From positions 19,745 to 83,744 of the IMG/VR virus record IMGVR_UViG_3300045974_000429: DNA of 64,000 nt. The stretch is one strand, 5' to 3'. How positions within the stretch are numbered: the stretch's first letter is position 1; the number at the start of each line of letters is the position of its first letter. This DNA comes from a virus. Position numbers and translations under genes: made by a program. The notes below the pieces were generated by a model, which had not been told where the DNA came from, searched no databases, and saw only the letters and a list, made by a program, of their open reading frames with translations. Positions 26,964-36,998 of this stretch are shown here, piece by piece.

Positions 26964-27697
26964 GGCAGCACCACGTTCTGGTCGAGGTAGGTGGCGGCCG
27001 AACCCTCGAACGTGCCGAGCGCCTGTGCGGCGGCCGTCGCGGCGGAGGCTTGGTTCGTGGCGGCAGTAGCCGCCGCCGTGAAGTTGGCTGCGAGCGGCGT
27101 GAGCGGAGGCGCCGAGCAAGCCGCGCCGAGCGCCGTCATGGCGGTGGCGAGCGCGGTGGACGCGGTGGCGAGCGCGGCGAGCTGCTGCTGGAGGGTCTGG
27201 TTCATCTTCGCCTCGCCCTTGCGGTAGTCCGTCCCGCGGACGAGCGCCTGCGTGCCGCCGGCAGCCTCCAGCTCGATCTTGTCCGCCACCAGCCGCAGGG
27301 TGGTTCCCGGCTGCGCCTGGAGGAGCGGGTCGTTGGTCGTCTTGGCCGCAGCCGCGATGGCCGGAGGTGGGTCGGCCGCGGCCCAGAGGCGCGCGACCAC
27401 CACGGCTCCGTGGGTGCAGTCGCCATCCGGGATCACGACGACCACCTCGTCGTCCACGGCCAGCGGGGCGTGCAGACCCCAGCCGGAACCGGCGTAGGGC
27501 GACCCCACCCGCGCGGTGATCGACATCCCGGAGGGAAGCAGGGTCGCGTCGATGAACGGGCCGTTGGCCGCGTCCACGTGCACGGCATCCACGCAGGCGG
27601 TGGACACCCACAGCCGCGGATCGATGCCGGGGAAGGATAGCGCCTGCCCGAAGCGGCGCGTGTCGAGAGAGGCGCCTGGCCTGCGGATTCGGCTCAT
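26960..27697 (-). CDS. Baseplate central spike (gpV/gp45-like)
   Basis: OB-fold-like ARV...YAG.GWG...P...DDEVVVV.PDGD; ATGA coupling to the hub gene. Confidence 0.8.
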   Translation of the reverse strand: MSRIRRPGASLDTRRFGQALSFPGIDPRLWVSTACVDAVHVDAANGPFIDATLLPSGMSITARVGSPYAGSGWGLHAPLAVDDEVVVVIPDGDCTHGAVVVARLWAAADPPPAIAAAAKTTNDPLLQAQPGTTLRLVADKIELEAAGGTQALVRGTDYRKGEAKMNQTLQQQLAALATASTALATAMTALGAACSAPPLTPLAANFTAAATAATNQASAATAAAQALGTFEGSAATYLDQNVVLP

Positions 27698-29499
27698 CGG
27701 TTGCCGCCCGCGGAGGTGAGCGGCGTGGTCTGAACCTTCGCACCGCCGCCCTTCCGCTTGAACACCGCCTTCTCGGCGGCGATGGCCGCGGCCGAGTTTC
27801 CATCCCTGGACTCGATGTAGTTCTGGAAGTCGAAGTCCACGCCGATGCCGCTGTTCTTGTCCCAGGCGAATCGCACGTTGGAGACGCGGTAGATGCTCTG
27901 CCGCTCCCGGATGCGCCCGAGGAGGGAATAGGCCACCACGCGGCCCAGATCGGCGTCGGAGAACCGCTGGCCGAGGATCATGGCGAGGGTCTGCGGGTCG
28001 GTCCTGAAGATGTCGCTCACGTCCGTGATGGGGGGCGGGTAGCTGTGCATCGCCCGGTCGTCCACCGTGAACTGCACCGGGTCGCCGGGGCGGAGGCGGA
28101 GGAGATCGGCGTCTTCCGTGCCCTCGGCCAACGAGGACAGGTCCTTGGTGGAGCAGGAGCCGGTCAGCTCTCCGCGTCCGATCTCCTCCCGGATGTCGTG
28201 GGCGATCTCCTCCAGGCGCTTCTTGTCCCGGATGCCGGGGATGGAGATGTAGATTTGCTCGTTCTGCACGACCGAGCCGTCGGGGCTGACCGTGGTCGCC
28301 TTGCTCGCTCCGCCGCCCTGGCCAGGCTGGCCCGTGGGCGGGGCCTTCGGCGGCCACTGTGCCTCGACGTGCTTGCCCTTCTTCCCGCGCACCTTGGAGT
28401 CGGTGTCCACGGACACGCAGACCACGGTCGGCACCTTCGCGCCGCCGAGCTTCCGCTCCCGCTTGAGGGAGGAGATGTTCCTGCCCCAGGTCATGATTCG
28501 GATCTGGGTGGCGTAGACATTGCCGTCCGCGCCGCGGACGATGCGCGGCGTGCCGCCGGCGAACGGTGTTGGAAAGTTGGGGTCGAAGCCTGCCATCTTT
28601 GCCGGATCGTAGAGAGCGCGCGCCGGCCGGACGCGGAGCCCGGTGCCGACGAAATACGGGACGGCGCCCACGAGCTGGCAGAGGTTCGAGATCAAGTCCC
28701 ACAGCTTGATCTTCTGCGGAGGCGCAGCGGGCATCATCGGGCCGATCGAGCCGGAGCCCGGAGCGGCCTGTGCGCCGCCGGCGGCCTTCTGGTTGACTCT
28801 CGTCATCAGGGCCGGCGCGTTGGGGTGCGGCACCGTGCCGGAAGGCCAATCGTCCGCGCGAACATCGATGTGGACGCCGAGCGTCCTGAGGACCGGGGCG
28901 TTGTCCACAATATCCTGGATCACCTTGTCGATGGGCTGGTCCACGTTGAGCCGCTTGAGGACGTCGTGCTTGCAGACCAGATCGATCAGGATGCCGCGGA
29001 GGTCGCGCCCCTCGATGGAGACGGTGCCCCCCTTCTCGGAGTGCTCCACCCGGATCACGTCGGCGACCCCGACGAGCATTTCGTTCTGCGGACTAGGAAC
29101 GAGCGAGTTTCTAGTGGCCTTGCCAGCCACGGCGAACGCGGTGTTGTTCTTCGCCCAATCCGCCCCGTCCACGAGGTCGCCGTAGATGCGGACTGCGCAG
29201 GCCCGGATGATGTCCGGCTCGAACGGCATGTCCGTGAACGGGATCTCCAGCGTGAACTTCCCGGCCTGCCGGAAGCCCGGCATGTCCACCGAGCAGCGCG
29301 TGGGCGTGACCAGCGTCTGGAAGGAGAGTCCATCCGACGCCGCCGGCTTGCTCTGCTGGAGCTGGACGAGCGTGGCCGGGATGGTGAAGTCGCCCGTCTC
29401 CGCGCTGACGGCCTGCGGGAGCGTGACGCCGTGGAGTTCCTCGTCGAACCGGAGCCCCAGCTCGACCGCGAACATCGGGTAGTAGATCGGCGCCGGCAT
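27694..29499 (-). CDS. Baseplate hub (late control D/gp27-like)
   Basis: 601 aa; G..D......V.IEGRDL.GILID, WD.I..LC, LRPGD.V; position between tube initiator and spike. Confidence 0.75.
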   Translation of the reverse strand: MPAPIYYPMFAVELGLRFDEELHGVTLPQAVSAETGDFTIPATLVQLQQSKPAASDGLSFQTLVTPTRCSVDMPGFRQAGKFTLEIPFTDMPFEPDIIRACAVRIYGDLVDGADWAKNNTAFAVAGKATRNSLVPSPQNEMLVGVADVIRVEHSEKGGTVSIEGRDLRGILIDLVCKHDVLKRLNVDQPIDKVIQDIVDNAPVLRTLGVHIDVRADDWPSGTVPHPNAPALMTRVNQKAAGGAQAAPGSGSIGPMMPAAPPQKIKLWDLISNLCQLVGAVPYFVGTGLRVRPARALYDPAKMAGFDPNFPTPFAGGTPRIVRGADGNVYATQIRIMTWGRNISSLKRERKLGGAKVPTVVCVSVDTDSKVRGKKGKHVEAQWPPKAPPTGQPGQGGGASKATTVSPDGSVVQNEQIYISIPGIRDKKRLEEIAHDIREEIGRGELTGSCSTKDLSSLAEGTEDADLLRLRPGDPVQFTVDDRAMHSYPPPITDVSDIFRTDPQTLAMILGQRFSDADLGRVVAYSLLGRIRERQSIYRVSNVRFAWDKNSGIGVDFDFQNYIESRDGNSAAAIAAEKAVFKRKGGGAKVQTTPLTSAGGNR

Positions 29500-29502
29500 T
29501 TC

Positions 29503-30840
29503 CTACCTCGCCGCCGGGATGCCGAAATCGGGGGGCGCGGGGAGCACGCGCGGGACGAGGATGAGCTTGCCGGGCGCGGGCTGGCTCGTGGTGACCTTGT
29601 TGTACTGCGCGAGTCCGCTCCATGAGTTCTGCGAGCCGTAGTAGAGCGAGGCGGTGCGCCGGAGGTCCGTCGTGCTCTTGGACACGAACACCGCCAGCAT
29701 CTCCGCGGGTTGAACCTGGGTGGCGAGCGCCGCCGCCTGCGTGACCGCGGTGCGCTTGAGGTCGCGCGCCGTCCGGCGCAGCTCCAGGTTGCGGGTGTCC
29801 GCGGCGAGGAGTTGCCCCATCGTAATGCCCGCAACCTGCGGGGCGCCCGCCGGCCCGAAGTCGGTCAGGTCGTCCGGCGTGAACAGGAGCGAGCGGGTGT
29901 TGAAGTAGTCGGTGGAGACGAGCGAGCCGAGGAGGTCGAGGAGCGCCTGGGCTTGGTCCGCGATGTACTGGAAGATGCCCAGCACGCGCTGGATGGCCTG
30001 AACGACGCCGTTCACAGAATTGACGATGCTCTGGACCGCGTCGCGCACGTCGTTGATGGCCGAGTAGATCGAGTTCACGATGCTCGCGAGACCGCCCACG
30101 ACGCCGGAGACGATCTCGATGCCGGAGGAAATCAGGGACAGCGCGTCCGAGAAAATCGACAAGAGCCGGAAGAGCCCACCTGCCGCGGAGAGCAGCGAGT
30201 CGAACAGGCCGATCTTGCGAGCCGAGATCGAGAACGTGTCCACGGCGCCGCCGAGCGCGTCGGCAGCTGATTGGATGGAGGGTGGCGGGATGGCGAATGG
30301 GCCTGGGTCTTCACCCTGGCTGGCCCAGACGAACGTGATCTTCCACTCCACGTCCGTCTGCCGGAGCCAGTTGAACTCCGTCTCGGAGATGAGCCCGTGG
30401 CGGATGACCTGTCCCCACGTCATGCGCAGCGGCTGCGCCCGTCGGCGCATCTTGTCCACCTCGTCCACGAGATCCCAGACGGACAGCGCGTTCGCCGCGA
30501 TGGTGCCGGGCGAGTCGGTGATCATCTGCGCGGGCGAGATGCCGCCAGGGTTGTTCCCGGCGGCGACGAACCGATCCTTCCAGATACCGTTGATCGTCGT
30601 GTCGCCTTCCTCCGAGCCGATGACTTGCTGCGTGGCGACCGGGTTGCCGGGGTAGTAGATGCTCTCGATCTTCATCTTCCCGACGACCTTAAGGCCCTGG
30701 TACGGCAGCGCCCGCCCGGTGAGGATGAGCTTCCGATACGGCGCCGTCAGCGTCTCCAGGGAGAAGCTCGGAGCGGTGGTGTCCGAAGCTCCGCCCTCGC
30801 CAGGAAAGGTGATGCCTGAACCTGTCGGAACGCCGGCCAT
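29503..30840 (-). CDS. Tail tube initiator-like protein with C-terminal LysM-like domain
   Basis: YPG....QQVIG; C-terminal DLRR.A..YYGS...W..LA.YN...PG..I.VP; follows the tape measure. Confidence 0.7.
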   Translation of the reverse strand: MAGVPTGSGITFPGEGGASDTTAPSFSLETLTAPYRKLILTGRALPYQGLKVVGKMKIESIYYPGNPVATQQVIGSEEGDTTINGIWKDRFVAAGNNPGGISPAQMITDSPGTIAANALSVWDLVDEVDKMRRRAQPLRMTWGQVIRHGLISETEFNWLRQTDVEWKITFVWASQGEDPGPFAIPPPSIQSAADALGGAVDTFSISARKIGLFDSLLSAAGGLFRLLSIFSDALSLISSGIEIVSGVVGGLASIVNSIYSAINDVRDAVQSIVNSVNGVVQAIQRVLGIFQYIADQAQALLDLLGSLVSTDYFNTRSLLFTPDDLTDFGPAGAPQVAGITMGQLLAADTRNLELRRTARDLKRTAVTQAAALATQVQPAEMLAVFVSKSTTDLRRTASLYYGSQNSWSGLAQYNKVTTSQPAPGKLILVPRVLPAPPDFGIPAAR

Positions 30841-30845
30841 CGCGG

Positions 30846-32588
30846 CTACCCCTTGCTCGTCGCGCCTGCGAAGGCGGGCTGGAAGCCTGACATGGTGCCG
30901 CGCTCGCCTAGCGCCGCGAGGTCGTTCGTGAAGGCTGTAAGCACGCGGTCCGGGTCGAAGCCCTCCTCGAACTTCTGCGTGATGTCGAACCGCGAGCCGT
31001 AGAAGTTCTGGTTGAAGTCACCCTTCTTGGCCTTGGCGTTGTCGCCGGCGACCCGCGTGTGCGTCGTGCGCTCTTTCTTCCGGTTCTCGTTCTCGACGCG
31101 CACCTGATCTGCGATGGCCATGAAGCTCGTGGCCTGGGCGGCAGCCTCGTTCTCGTACTGGAAGCCGTTCCCAACGCTCTTGATGATGCCGCCGATCCAC
31201 CGGCCGATGATCGTGATCATGTCCACGACGCCCTTGATGATCTGCGTGATCGCGAGCAGCGCCGCTGGAAGCACGAGCTGCATGAAGGAGGAGATCGCGC
31301 TGCCGCCTCCGAGCATGTCCGTGAGCGGCGAGAACATGGTCTCGACGGAGTCGATGATGTCCGACACGGAGTCGATCAACTCGTCCAACCCTCCTCCCAC
31401 GTTGTTCCAGAGTCCCTGCACACCGGCGATGACGATGGGCAGCAGGAGAGCGATGGGGCCGAGGACGCCCGCGAACCCGCGCAGGAGGTTCAAGGCCAGC
31501 GACACGGCGCCGCCGCCCGAAGCCCCCGTGGCCATCGCGGCCGCACCGACCACGTTGGTCGCGACGCCCTTGGCGTAGCCATATCCGGCCTGCGCCACGC
31601 CGCCGATGCCCATGCCGGAAGCCTTCTGGAGCGCCGCGTTCGCCAGCAGGATCTTGCCGAGCGTGGTCGCGAGTCCGACGGCCTGCGTCAAGTGCATGTT
31701 CAGGAACTCCCCGAACCGCTTCGCCGGCTCGACCCACTTTTTGGCGCCGTCCGCGACGTGCTGGAGCAACTTGGCGACCACCGGCAGCATCTCGCGGCCG
31801 ACGAGGAAGGAAATGTCCTCCCAGGCGCGGCCGACGTCGATCTGCGCCTGCTTCATCGCCTTGAAGGCCGCGATGTCGGAATCCACGACGCCGCCGGTGT
31901 CCTTCATCGACTCCCGGATGGCGTCCGGCCCGGTCTTCAAGACCTTCATCAGCTTATCGGCCTCGTCGTAGGAGAGCCGCATCCCGCGAGCGAGGCCCGC
32001 CGTTTCGAGCTTGCCGTCTTGCACCCGCTTGGACATCGCGAGCATGGACTGCACCGGCCCCCTGCGAATATCCACACCGAGCATGGCGTAGCTCTGCCGC
32101 GCGCCCGACGGGAACATTTTCATGCGCTCTGCACTCAACACCATGCGCTGGAGGATGCTACCGGATACGTCCGCGCCGACGCCCACCGCTTCGAATGTTT
32201 CGTTGAGGGCGGAGGCTTCCTCGGTCGCGAGGCCGGTGAGCTTCTTGAGCCGGATGGTGTCGCCGATCTTTTCGTTCACGACCTCGAACATCTTGTGGAA
32301 GCCCAGCGCGGCCCCCAACCCGGCACCGACCCCGATCAGGTTCGAGAGGCCCGCGGAGAGCCCGTCGAACTTGTTGGAGAGCGTCTGAAGGCCACCAGCG
32401 AGGCGCCCGACGCCCGTGGAGGCCGCGGCGGCGACGGGAGAGCCCGGAGCCCCCACGGCTCCGGCGACGTGCTTCTCGGCGTTCTCCGCGGCGGCGGCGA
32501 GCTTCTCCGCCGTCTTGATGACGCTCTCCATCGCGGAGGACGCCATGTCCTCCACGGTGAACTCCAGGCTGACGCCTTGAGATGCCAT
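30846..32588 (-). CDS. Tape measure protein
   Basis: 580 aa, Ala/Gly-rich helical with hydrophobic segments; follows the tail chaperones. Confidence 0.85.
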   Translation of the reverse strand: MASQGVSLEFTVEDMASSAMESVIKTAEKLAAAAENAEKHVAGAVGAPGSPVAAAASTGVGRLAGGLQTLSNKFDGLSAGLSNLIGVGAGLGAALGFHKMFEVVNEKIGDTIRLKKLTGLATEEASALNETFEAVGVGADVSGSILQRMVLSAERMKMFPSGARQSYAMLGVDIRRGPVQSMLAMSKRVQDGKLETAGLARGMRLSYDEADKLMKVLKTGPDAIRESMKDTGGVVDSDIAAFKAMKQAQIDVGRAWEDISFLVGREMLPVVAKLLQHVADGAKKWVEPAKRFGEFLNMHLTQAVGLATTLGKILLANAALQKASGMGIGGVAQAGYGYAKGVATNVVGAAAMATGASGGGAVSLALNLLRGFAGVLGPIALLLPIVIAGVQGLWNNVGGGLDELIDSVSDIIDSVETMFSPLTDMLGGGSAISSFMQLVLPAALLAITQIIKGVVDMITIIGRWIGGIIKSVGNGFQYENEAAAQATSFMAIADQVRVENENRKKERTTHTRVAGDNAKAKKGDFNQNFYGSRFDITQKFEEGFDPDRVLTAFTNDLAALGERGTMSGFQPAFAGATSKG

Positions 32589-32893
32589 CAGCTCCCTCCC
32601 GAGGAACGCTGCGCGCGCTCGATGGCGTCGGACTCAGCCTGGAGCAATTTCCCAACCGATGCGGCGAGCCGGTAGAGCCACCGCACGCTGCGATGGCGGG
32701 CGAGAGAGTCCGCACTCTGGTATCCGGCCCTGCCCAGGAATGCCAACAGGTCCATGACCGCCTCCTCTCGACTCTCCGTCCACGACCGCCCTTCGACATG
32801 CGCCGCGTGCAGGCTGCCGAGGACCATCTCGGCGGACCCCGCACTCTGCCGGGGAGCGACTACACGCTCGTCGTCTCCCCTTCCAGAAAACCC
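32588..32893 (-). CDS. Tail assembly chaperone -1 frameshift extension (gpGT-like)
   Basis: The -1 frame from slippery GGGTTTT (32893-32887) is open and continuous with ORF 32588..32827. Confidence 0.7.
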   Translation of the reverse strand, partial: GFSGRGDDERVVAPRQSAGSAEMVLGSLHAAHVEGRSWTESREEAVMDLLAFLGRAGYQSADSLARHRSVRWLYRLAASVGKLLQAESDAIERAQRSSGGS

Positions 32894-33279
32894 GCCTCCA
32901 TCTCCGGCGGAGGGTTGTGCAGCTTCTGGAACGCTCGGAGGAGGAGCGCCCGCGCCTTCGGGCGCATCGCCACCCAGGCGACCTCCAGGGATTCGTCGGC
33001 CGAGGAGACGGCCTTGCCGTCCACTTGGACAACGCTCGCCTTCGCGAGATCGTACTGCGCCTTGATGCCGGAGGCGACCGAGGCGGTCTGCATTCGGCGC
33101 ATCACGGCCATTTCTTCGTCGGCGGTCAGCTCCACGAGTCCGATGCTCGCGAGCCCGACCTCCTGCCGGTGCTCCTGCGGGACCGTGAAGGTGTGGACGG
33201 GGCGGCCCGAGCGGGAGGGCAGCCGCATCCCGACCGGGATCTTGGCGCGCAGGTCTTCGATGTCATCGACTTCGTTCAT
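32860..33279 (-). CDS. Tail assembly chaperone (gpG-like)
   Basis: 139 aa between tube and tape measure; ELT..EE..; G GGT TTT near the end. Confidence 0.8.
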   Translation of the reverse strand: MNEVDDIEDLRAKIPVGMRLPSRSGRPVHTFTVPQEHRQEVGLASIGLVELTADEEMAVMRRMQTASVASGIKAQYDLAKASVVQVDGKAVSSADESLEVAWVAMRPKARALLLRAFQKLHNPPPEMEAGFLEGETTSV

Positions 33280-33318
33280 GGATCACTCCTGTGGTTGGCG
33301 AGGGCTGGTGCTGCGGTG

Positions 33319-33753
33319 CTAGCTCTTCACGATCCTGGCGTTCGAGCCCGCGAAGTCGAGTTTCAGCGAGCCGTACTGCTCCCGGCCGCCGAACGACAGC
33401 GGAATGGCGCCGAAAAAGCAGTCGTTGCCGAAGAACTTCGGCCGGTCCCCGTTGGGGAACGCGAGGGTCGCCTGGATGTTGATCTTGATGTTCGTGTTCC
33501 GGCGGGAGGCCCGGTCCAGGATCGTCTGCATGAACCCGACGAAATCCTGATTCTCCAGGTGCAGCTCCATCGAGCCCTTGAAGCCTTTCGCGAGTTCGTC
33601 GAACCGCGGAGCCGTCTCGCCGAGGTAGCCCTCCTCCTGGCGGTCGAACTCCAGTGACACCTCGAACGACTTCACGTCGTTCATGGTCGTCAACGGCTGC
33701 CCGTTGGCGACGATGGTAATCGTCACCTCCTGACCCCTGATCCTGGAACTCAC
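33319..33753 (-). CDS. Tail tube protein
   Basis: RIRGQEV..I...EGYLGE..RFDE..G..G..E; likely GTG start 33753; downstream of the sheath. Confidence 0.8.
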   Translation of the reverse strand: MSSRIRGQEVTITIVANGQPLTTMNDVKSFEVSLEFDRQEEGYLGETAPRFDELAKGFKGSMELHLENQDFVGFMQTILDRASRRNTNIKINIQATLAFPNGDRPKFFGNDCFFGAIPLSFGGREQYGSLKLDFAGSNARIVKS

Positions 33754-33793
33754 AAAGGCCAACCTTTCTCGGCACTTAGCCGATGTTCGAGTC

Positions 33794-33882
33794 AAAAGCA
33801 AGAGGCGCGAGGCCCCGTCTCCGGGAACCCCGCGCCCCTATCCCCGTTGCCGGGTGTAGCCGCGTCGAGCCGTCGGGCTCGT
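33794..33882 (-). terminator. Hairpin cluster ending in an intrinsic-terminator-like stem
   Basis: CGAGCC-CGAC-GGCTCG; CCCG-GCAA-CGGG; AGGGGCGCGGGGTTCCCG-GAGA-CGGGGCCTCGCGCCTCT followed by TGCTTTT. Confidence 0.6.
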
Positions 33883-34185
33883 TCAGGCGGCGATGGTGCC
33901 ACCGCCCGAGCCAGCCGTCAAGGGGGGCGGAGGCGGCGGGAGGTTCTTCTCCCCGGCGCGGAACATCATGGCGATGCCGGCCACGATGACGCCCGCCAGC
34001 TTGATCTTGGCAGCGTGTTCGGGGGTCTGCATGAGCGCGGCGATCTGCTCGCTGAAAGCGACCGAGGAGAGTCCAGCCGCCATGAGGGCGGCCCGGATGT
34101 TCGCGACCGCCGCTCCGCCCATCTTCTCGAACTGCTGCTCGTCGAAGAGGAACGCCTTCAGCTTGTTGTAGATCCACTTGAACAT
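33883..34185 (-). CDS. Small membrane protein (holin-like) between sheath and tube
   Basis: MFKWIYNK... 100 aa, two hydrophobic segments, GAGGAGG RBS. Confidence 0.65.
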   Translation of the reverse strand: MFKWIYNKLKAFLFDEQQFEKMGGAAVANIRAALMAAGLSSVAFSEQIAALMQTPEHAAKIKLAGVIVAGIAMMFRAGEKNLPPPPPPLTAGSGGGTIAA

Positions 34186-34196
34186 GACGCGCCTCC

Positions 34197-36230
34197 TCAG
34201 ACCTGCTTGATGGTCACGCCCGGCCCGACGTCGGCCTGGAGGACGATGAAGTCTGCGGTGGCGAGCATCTGGACGGCGACCTTGATCACGAAGATGCCGA
34301 GCGCGAGCTGGGAGCGGGTGTTCCCGCTCTTGGCGTCCACGGAGTAGTCCGAGATGCGCTGCGCCGCCGGGTTGTTGGACGACTTCATGTCGTTCAAGAA
34401 GTTGTCGATCTCGCCCGTCGCCGCGTCGATGAGGGCGTTCGTCACCGGCAGCTTCACGAAGGGCTGGAGCGCCTGCGCCAAGCTGTCCTCGATGAAGTCC
34501 GCGAACCGCCGCCGGTTGATGTTCGTCTGCCCGGACACGAGGCTGGTCGTGATGCCGCTGAGGATCTCCGGCCCGAGGATCTGGTCGAAGTGCAGCGCCG
34601 CCACGCCCTGGCTCCGCAGGTAGGAGTAGCTGTCGATGGTCAGGCCGGAGACGCCGCGCTGGAAGCCCGAGAGCACCGAGAGCACGCCGCCCGTTCCGCC
34701 GACCGGCGGAGCCGTCTGGCCGGGGTTGCGCTCCGGCGCCAGGACGGAGAGGACGGAGGCCACGAAGCCATCCATGCGGACGTCCAGGAGGCCGTCCGAG
34801 GTGAGCTTGCCGGAGGTCGCAGTCTGGACCGCGATGTTCGACGCCTCGCTGACGAGCATCTGCGCGCCCGGCCAGGAGTAGACCACCCGCTCGCTGCGGT
34901 TCGCCGCCACGCCCGGATCGGCCGATGCCGTAACCGCCGCCACGCTCTGCTGCGCGAGGTCTGGAGCCGCGACGAACATCCGGCCGCGCCCGCGCGAGCT
35001 GGCCGTGGCGACGTGCGCCGCGCCCGCCGAGCGGTTGTAGCTGGAGGTCCGAGCGCACCAGACGATGTTCACGCTGCGCGCCGGGAGGTCGTCGGAGAGG
35101 AGCGCGTCGAAACAGGCTTGGTAGAACGGATCCCACGCGGCCGAGTAGGCCGCGTTGGGCGCCTGGATGGCCGCCGTATAGGTGATGGCGTTGGTGGCGT
35201 TCGTGAGGAACGTCAGGCCGGAGAGCGCCGCCCAGCCCGTGGCCGTGGGAGCCGCCGCTGGCGTCGTCGGAGCGACCACCGAGGAGACGGCGATGCCGCC
35301 CGTGTCCAGGGGCCGCGCCGGGACGGTGTAGGCCGCCAGGGTCGAGAAGGCCGCGCCCGGAGTGCTCGCCTGCCCGCCGGCCGCCGAGTCGTAGGTGGAC
35401 GCGCAGTGGAGGCGCCACGGGATCGTGGTCTGGGTCGGGATCGCGAAGGTCGTCCCGTCGAGCTGCTGGATGGTGATGGTCGTCCCGGAGGCCGGGGCGG
35501 TGAGCACCCGGTAGCAGCCGTAGTAGCTGTTCAGGATGGTGGCGACGCCGTAGGTGGCGTCGCCGATCACGCCGAGGACGATGATGTCGCCCACGTTGAT
35601 CTTCTTCGCCAGGAGCAGCGCGTTCAGGCTGGCGGAGGTGAACGTCTGGGACACGGCGGTGGTGGCCGAGGCGAGCGCGCCGTCCACGCCCGAGGCGTAG
35701 GCCGGCGTGTCCGTGAAGTTGACCATTCCGGCCGTGCGGACCCGCACGCCGCCCGAGGTCGTGAACTCGGTGCCCGCCGGGACGGCGCCGGCCTGCATGG
35801 CGACCGCGGGAGCCGGGTTGGTGGCGGAGGTGTTCGTCGGCAGCACGCGGACGAGCCGCCCGGCCTTCGCGGAGGCGATGTTCACCGCGCAGAGGACCAG
35901 CGCGGAGAACTGCTTGTTCTTGAGGGCGTCCACGTAGCCGTTGCCGCCTGAGATGCCGAAGTCGCCGATGGTCGGGTCGAAGCCGCCGACCTCGTTGACG
36001 GCGTCGGCCGCGGAGAACACCTGGGTCGGGACGATCTTCTGCGTGAAGCCGCCCGCGCCGTCCGGGAGGAGGCTGTTCGAACAGTCGGCGAACTCGCCGA
36101 TGCAGCAAGCGACGCCCGTGCCCACACCCAGGATGCCGCCGGGCTGGGGCATGTCCGCGATGATGACACCCTCAATTTGCCCAATAACCTGCTGAGTCGG
36201 AAAGAAATTGTACCTGCGAACGAAGCCCAA
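34197..36230 (-). CDS. Tail sheath protein
   Basis: 677 aa; G...IGEF near the N terminus; C-terminal INRRRFADFIEDSL...N.....ALG.F...V.V......DFIVL. Confidence 0.92.
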   Translation of the reverse strand: MGFVRRYNFFPTQQVIGQIEGVIIADMPQPGGILGVGTGVACCIGEFADCSNSLLPDGAGGFTQKIVPTQVFSAADAVNEVGGFDPTIGDFGISGGNGYVDALKNKQFSALVLCAVNIASAKAGRLVRVLPTNTSATNPAPAVAMQAGAVPAGTEFTTSGGVRVRTAGMVNFTDTPAYASGVDGALASATTAVSQTFTSASLNALLLAKKINVGDIIVLGVIGDATYGVATILNSYYGCYRVLTAPASGTTITIQQLDGTTFAIPTQTTIPWRLHCASTYDSAAGGQASTPGAAFSTLAAYTVPARPLDTGGIAVSSVVAPTTPAAAPTATGWAALSGLTFLTNATNAITYTAAIQAPNAAYSAAWDPFYQACFDALLSDDLPARSVNIVWCARTSSYNRSAGAAHVATASSRGRGRMFVAAPDLAQQSVAAVTASADPGVAANRSERVVYSWPGAQMLVSEASNIAVQTATSGKLTSDGLLDVRMDGFVASVLSVLAPERNPGQTAPPVGGTGGVLSVLSGFQRGVSGLTIDSYSYLRSQGVAALHFDQILGPEILSGITTSLVSGQTNINRRRFADFIEDSLAQALQPFVKLPVTNALIDAATGEIDNFLNDMKSSNNPAAQRISDYSVDAKSGNTRSQLALGIFVIKVAVQMLATADFIVLQADVGPGVTIKQV

Positions 36231-36290
36231 ATGGAACCTCCAGGTCTGTGCGCCGCGGCGCTAGATTCGGAACCTACACGAGCACAAGCA

Positions 36291-36998
36291 CTACGTCGAT
36301 GGGGCGAGAGGATCTACCACCGGAACTTCCACCGTCACGCCGGCGTCCAGCTCGACCCGGGGAATCATGGTCGGGAAGTCGTAGAGCTTCACCACCGCGA
36401 TGTTCGCGTGGACCTTGAACACCGTGACCCGGAGCCGCTCCATCACGGACTCGGCCGTGTCCGGGTAGCCGGTGGACATGAGCTGGAAGTCGGCGTGCTG
36501 GCCGTAGTAGTGCGGCAGCGCGAGCCGGAACCCGAACATCCAATCCACCGGGTTCATCGCGTCCTCGATGAGCGCCACGAGCCCCTCCCGCTCCGCGGGG
36601 TCGTTGCAGTGAAGCTCCGCCCGGATGTCCTGGGCGAGTTCCGCCCACTCGAACGTCCAGCGCCCGTCGGGCTGCTTGAGCCGGTCGGCCGGGGCGAACA
36701 CGGGCGTGAGGTTCTTGGCCTCGTACTCCCCGTCGCCCTCCGGGATGCAGGCGAGCGCCGGGTAGATCGCGTCCTGCTCCGCCTCCGGCCACTGCCAGAA
36801 GCAGTTGTCCAGGCTGACGCGCCGCCCGCCGGGAAGGTCGAGGCTCAAGCCCTGGAGATATTCAGCCAGCCCGCGGCACAGCGCGGTCCGGGCATCCACC
36901 TCCCGGTGGCCGGTCGGAACGGGCCGCGTGGACGAGTCCGTGATGAGCTTGGTGCCGGTCTGGGCCGGCTTGCTGCCGGGAACCGTGTCGTAGCTCAT
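36291..36998 (-). CDS. Tail terminator/completion protein
   Basis: 235 aa from ATG 36998; position before the sheath. Confidence 0.6.
   Translation of the reverse strand: MSYDTVPGSKPAQTGTKLITDSSTRPVPTGHREVDARTALCRGLAEYLQGLSLDLPGGRRVSLDNCFWQWPEAEQDAIYPALACIPEGDGEYEAKNLTPVFAPADRLKQPDGRWTFEWAELAQDIRAELHCNDPAEREGLVALIEDAMNPVDWMFGFRLALPHYYGQHADFQLMSTGYPDTAESVMERLRVTVFKVHANIAVVKLYDFPTMIPRVELDAGVTVEVPVVDPLAPST

Noticed and set aside
20938-36230. Possible extracellular contractile injection system or tailocin
   Set aside because: Portal, MuF, scaffold, capsid and a replication module are present, so this is a phage
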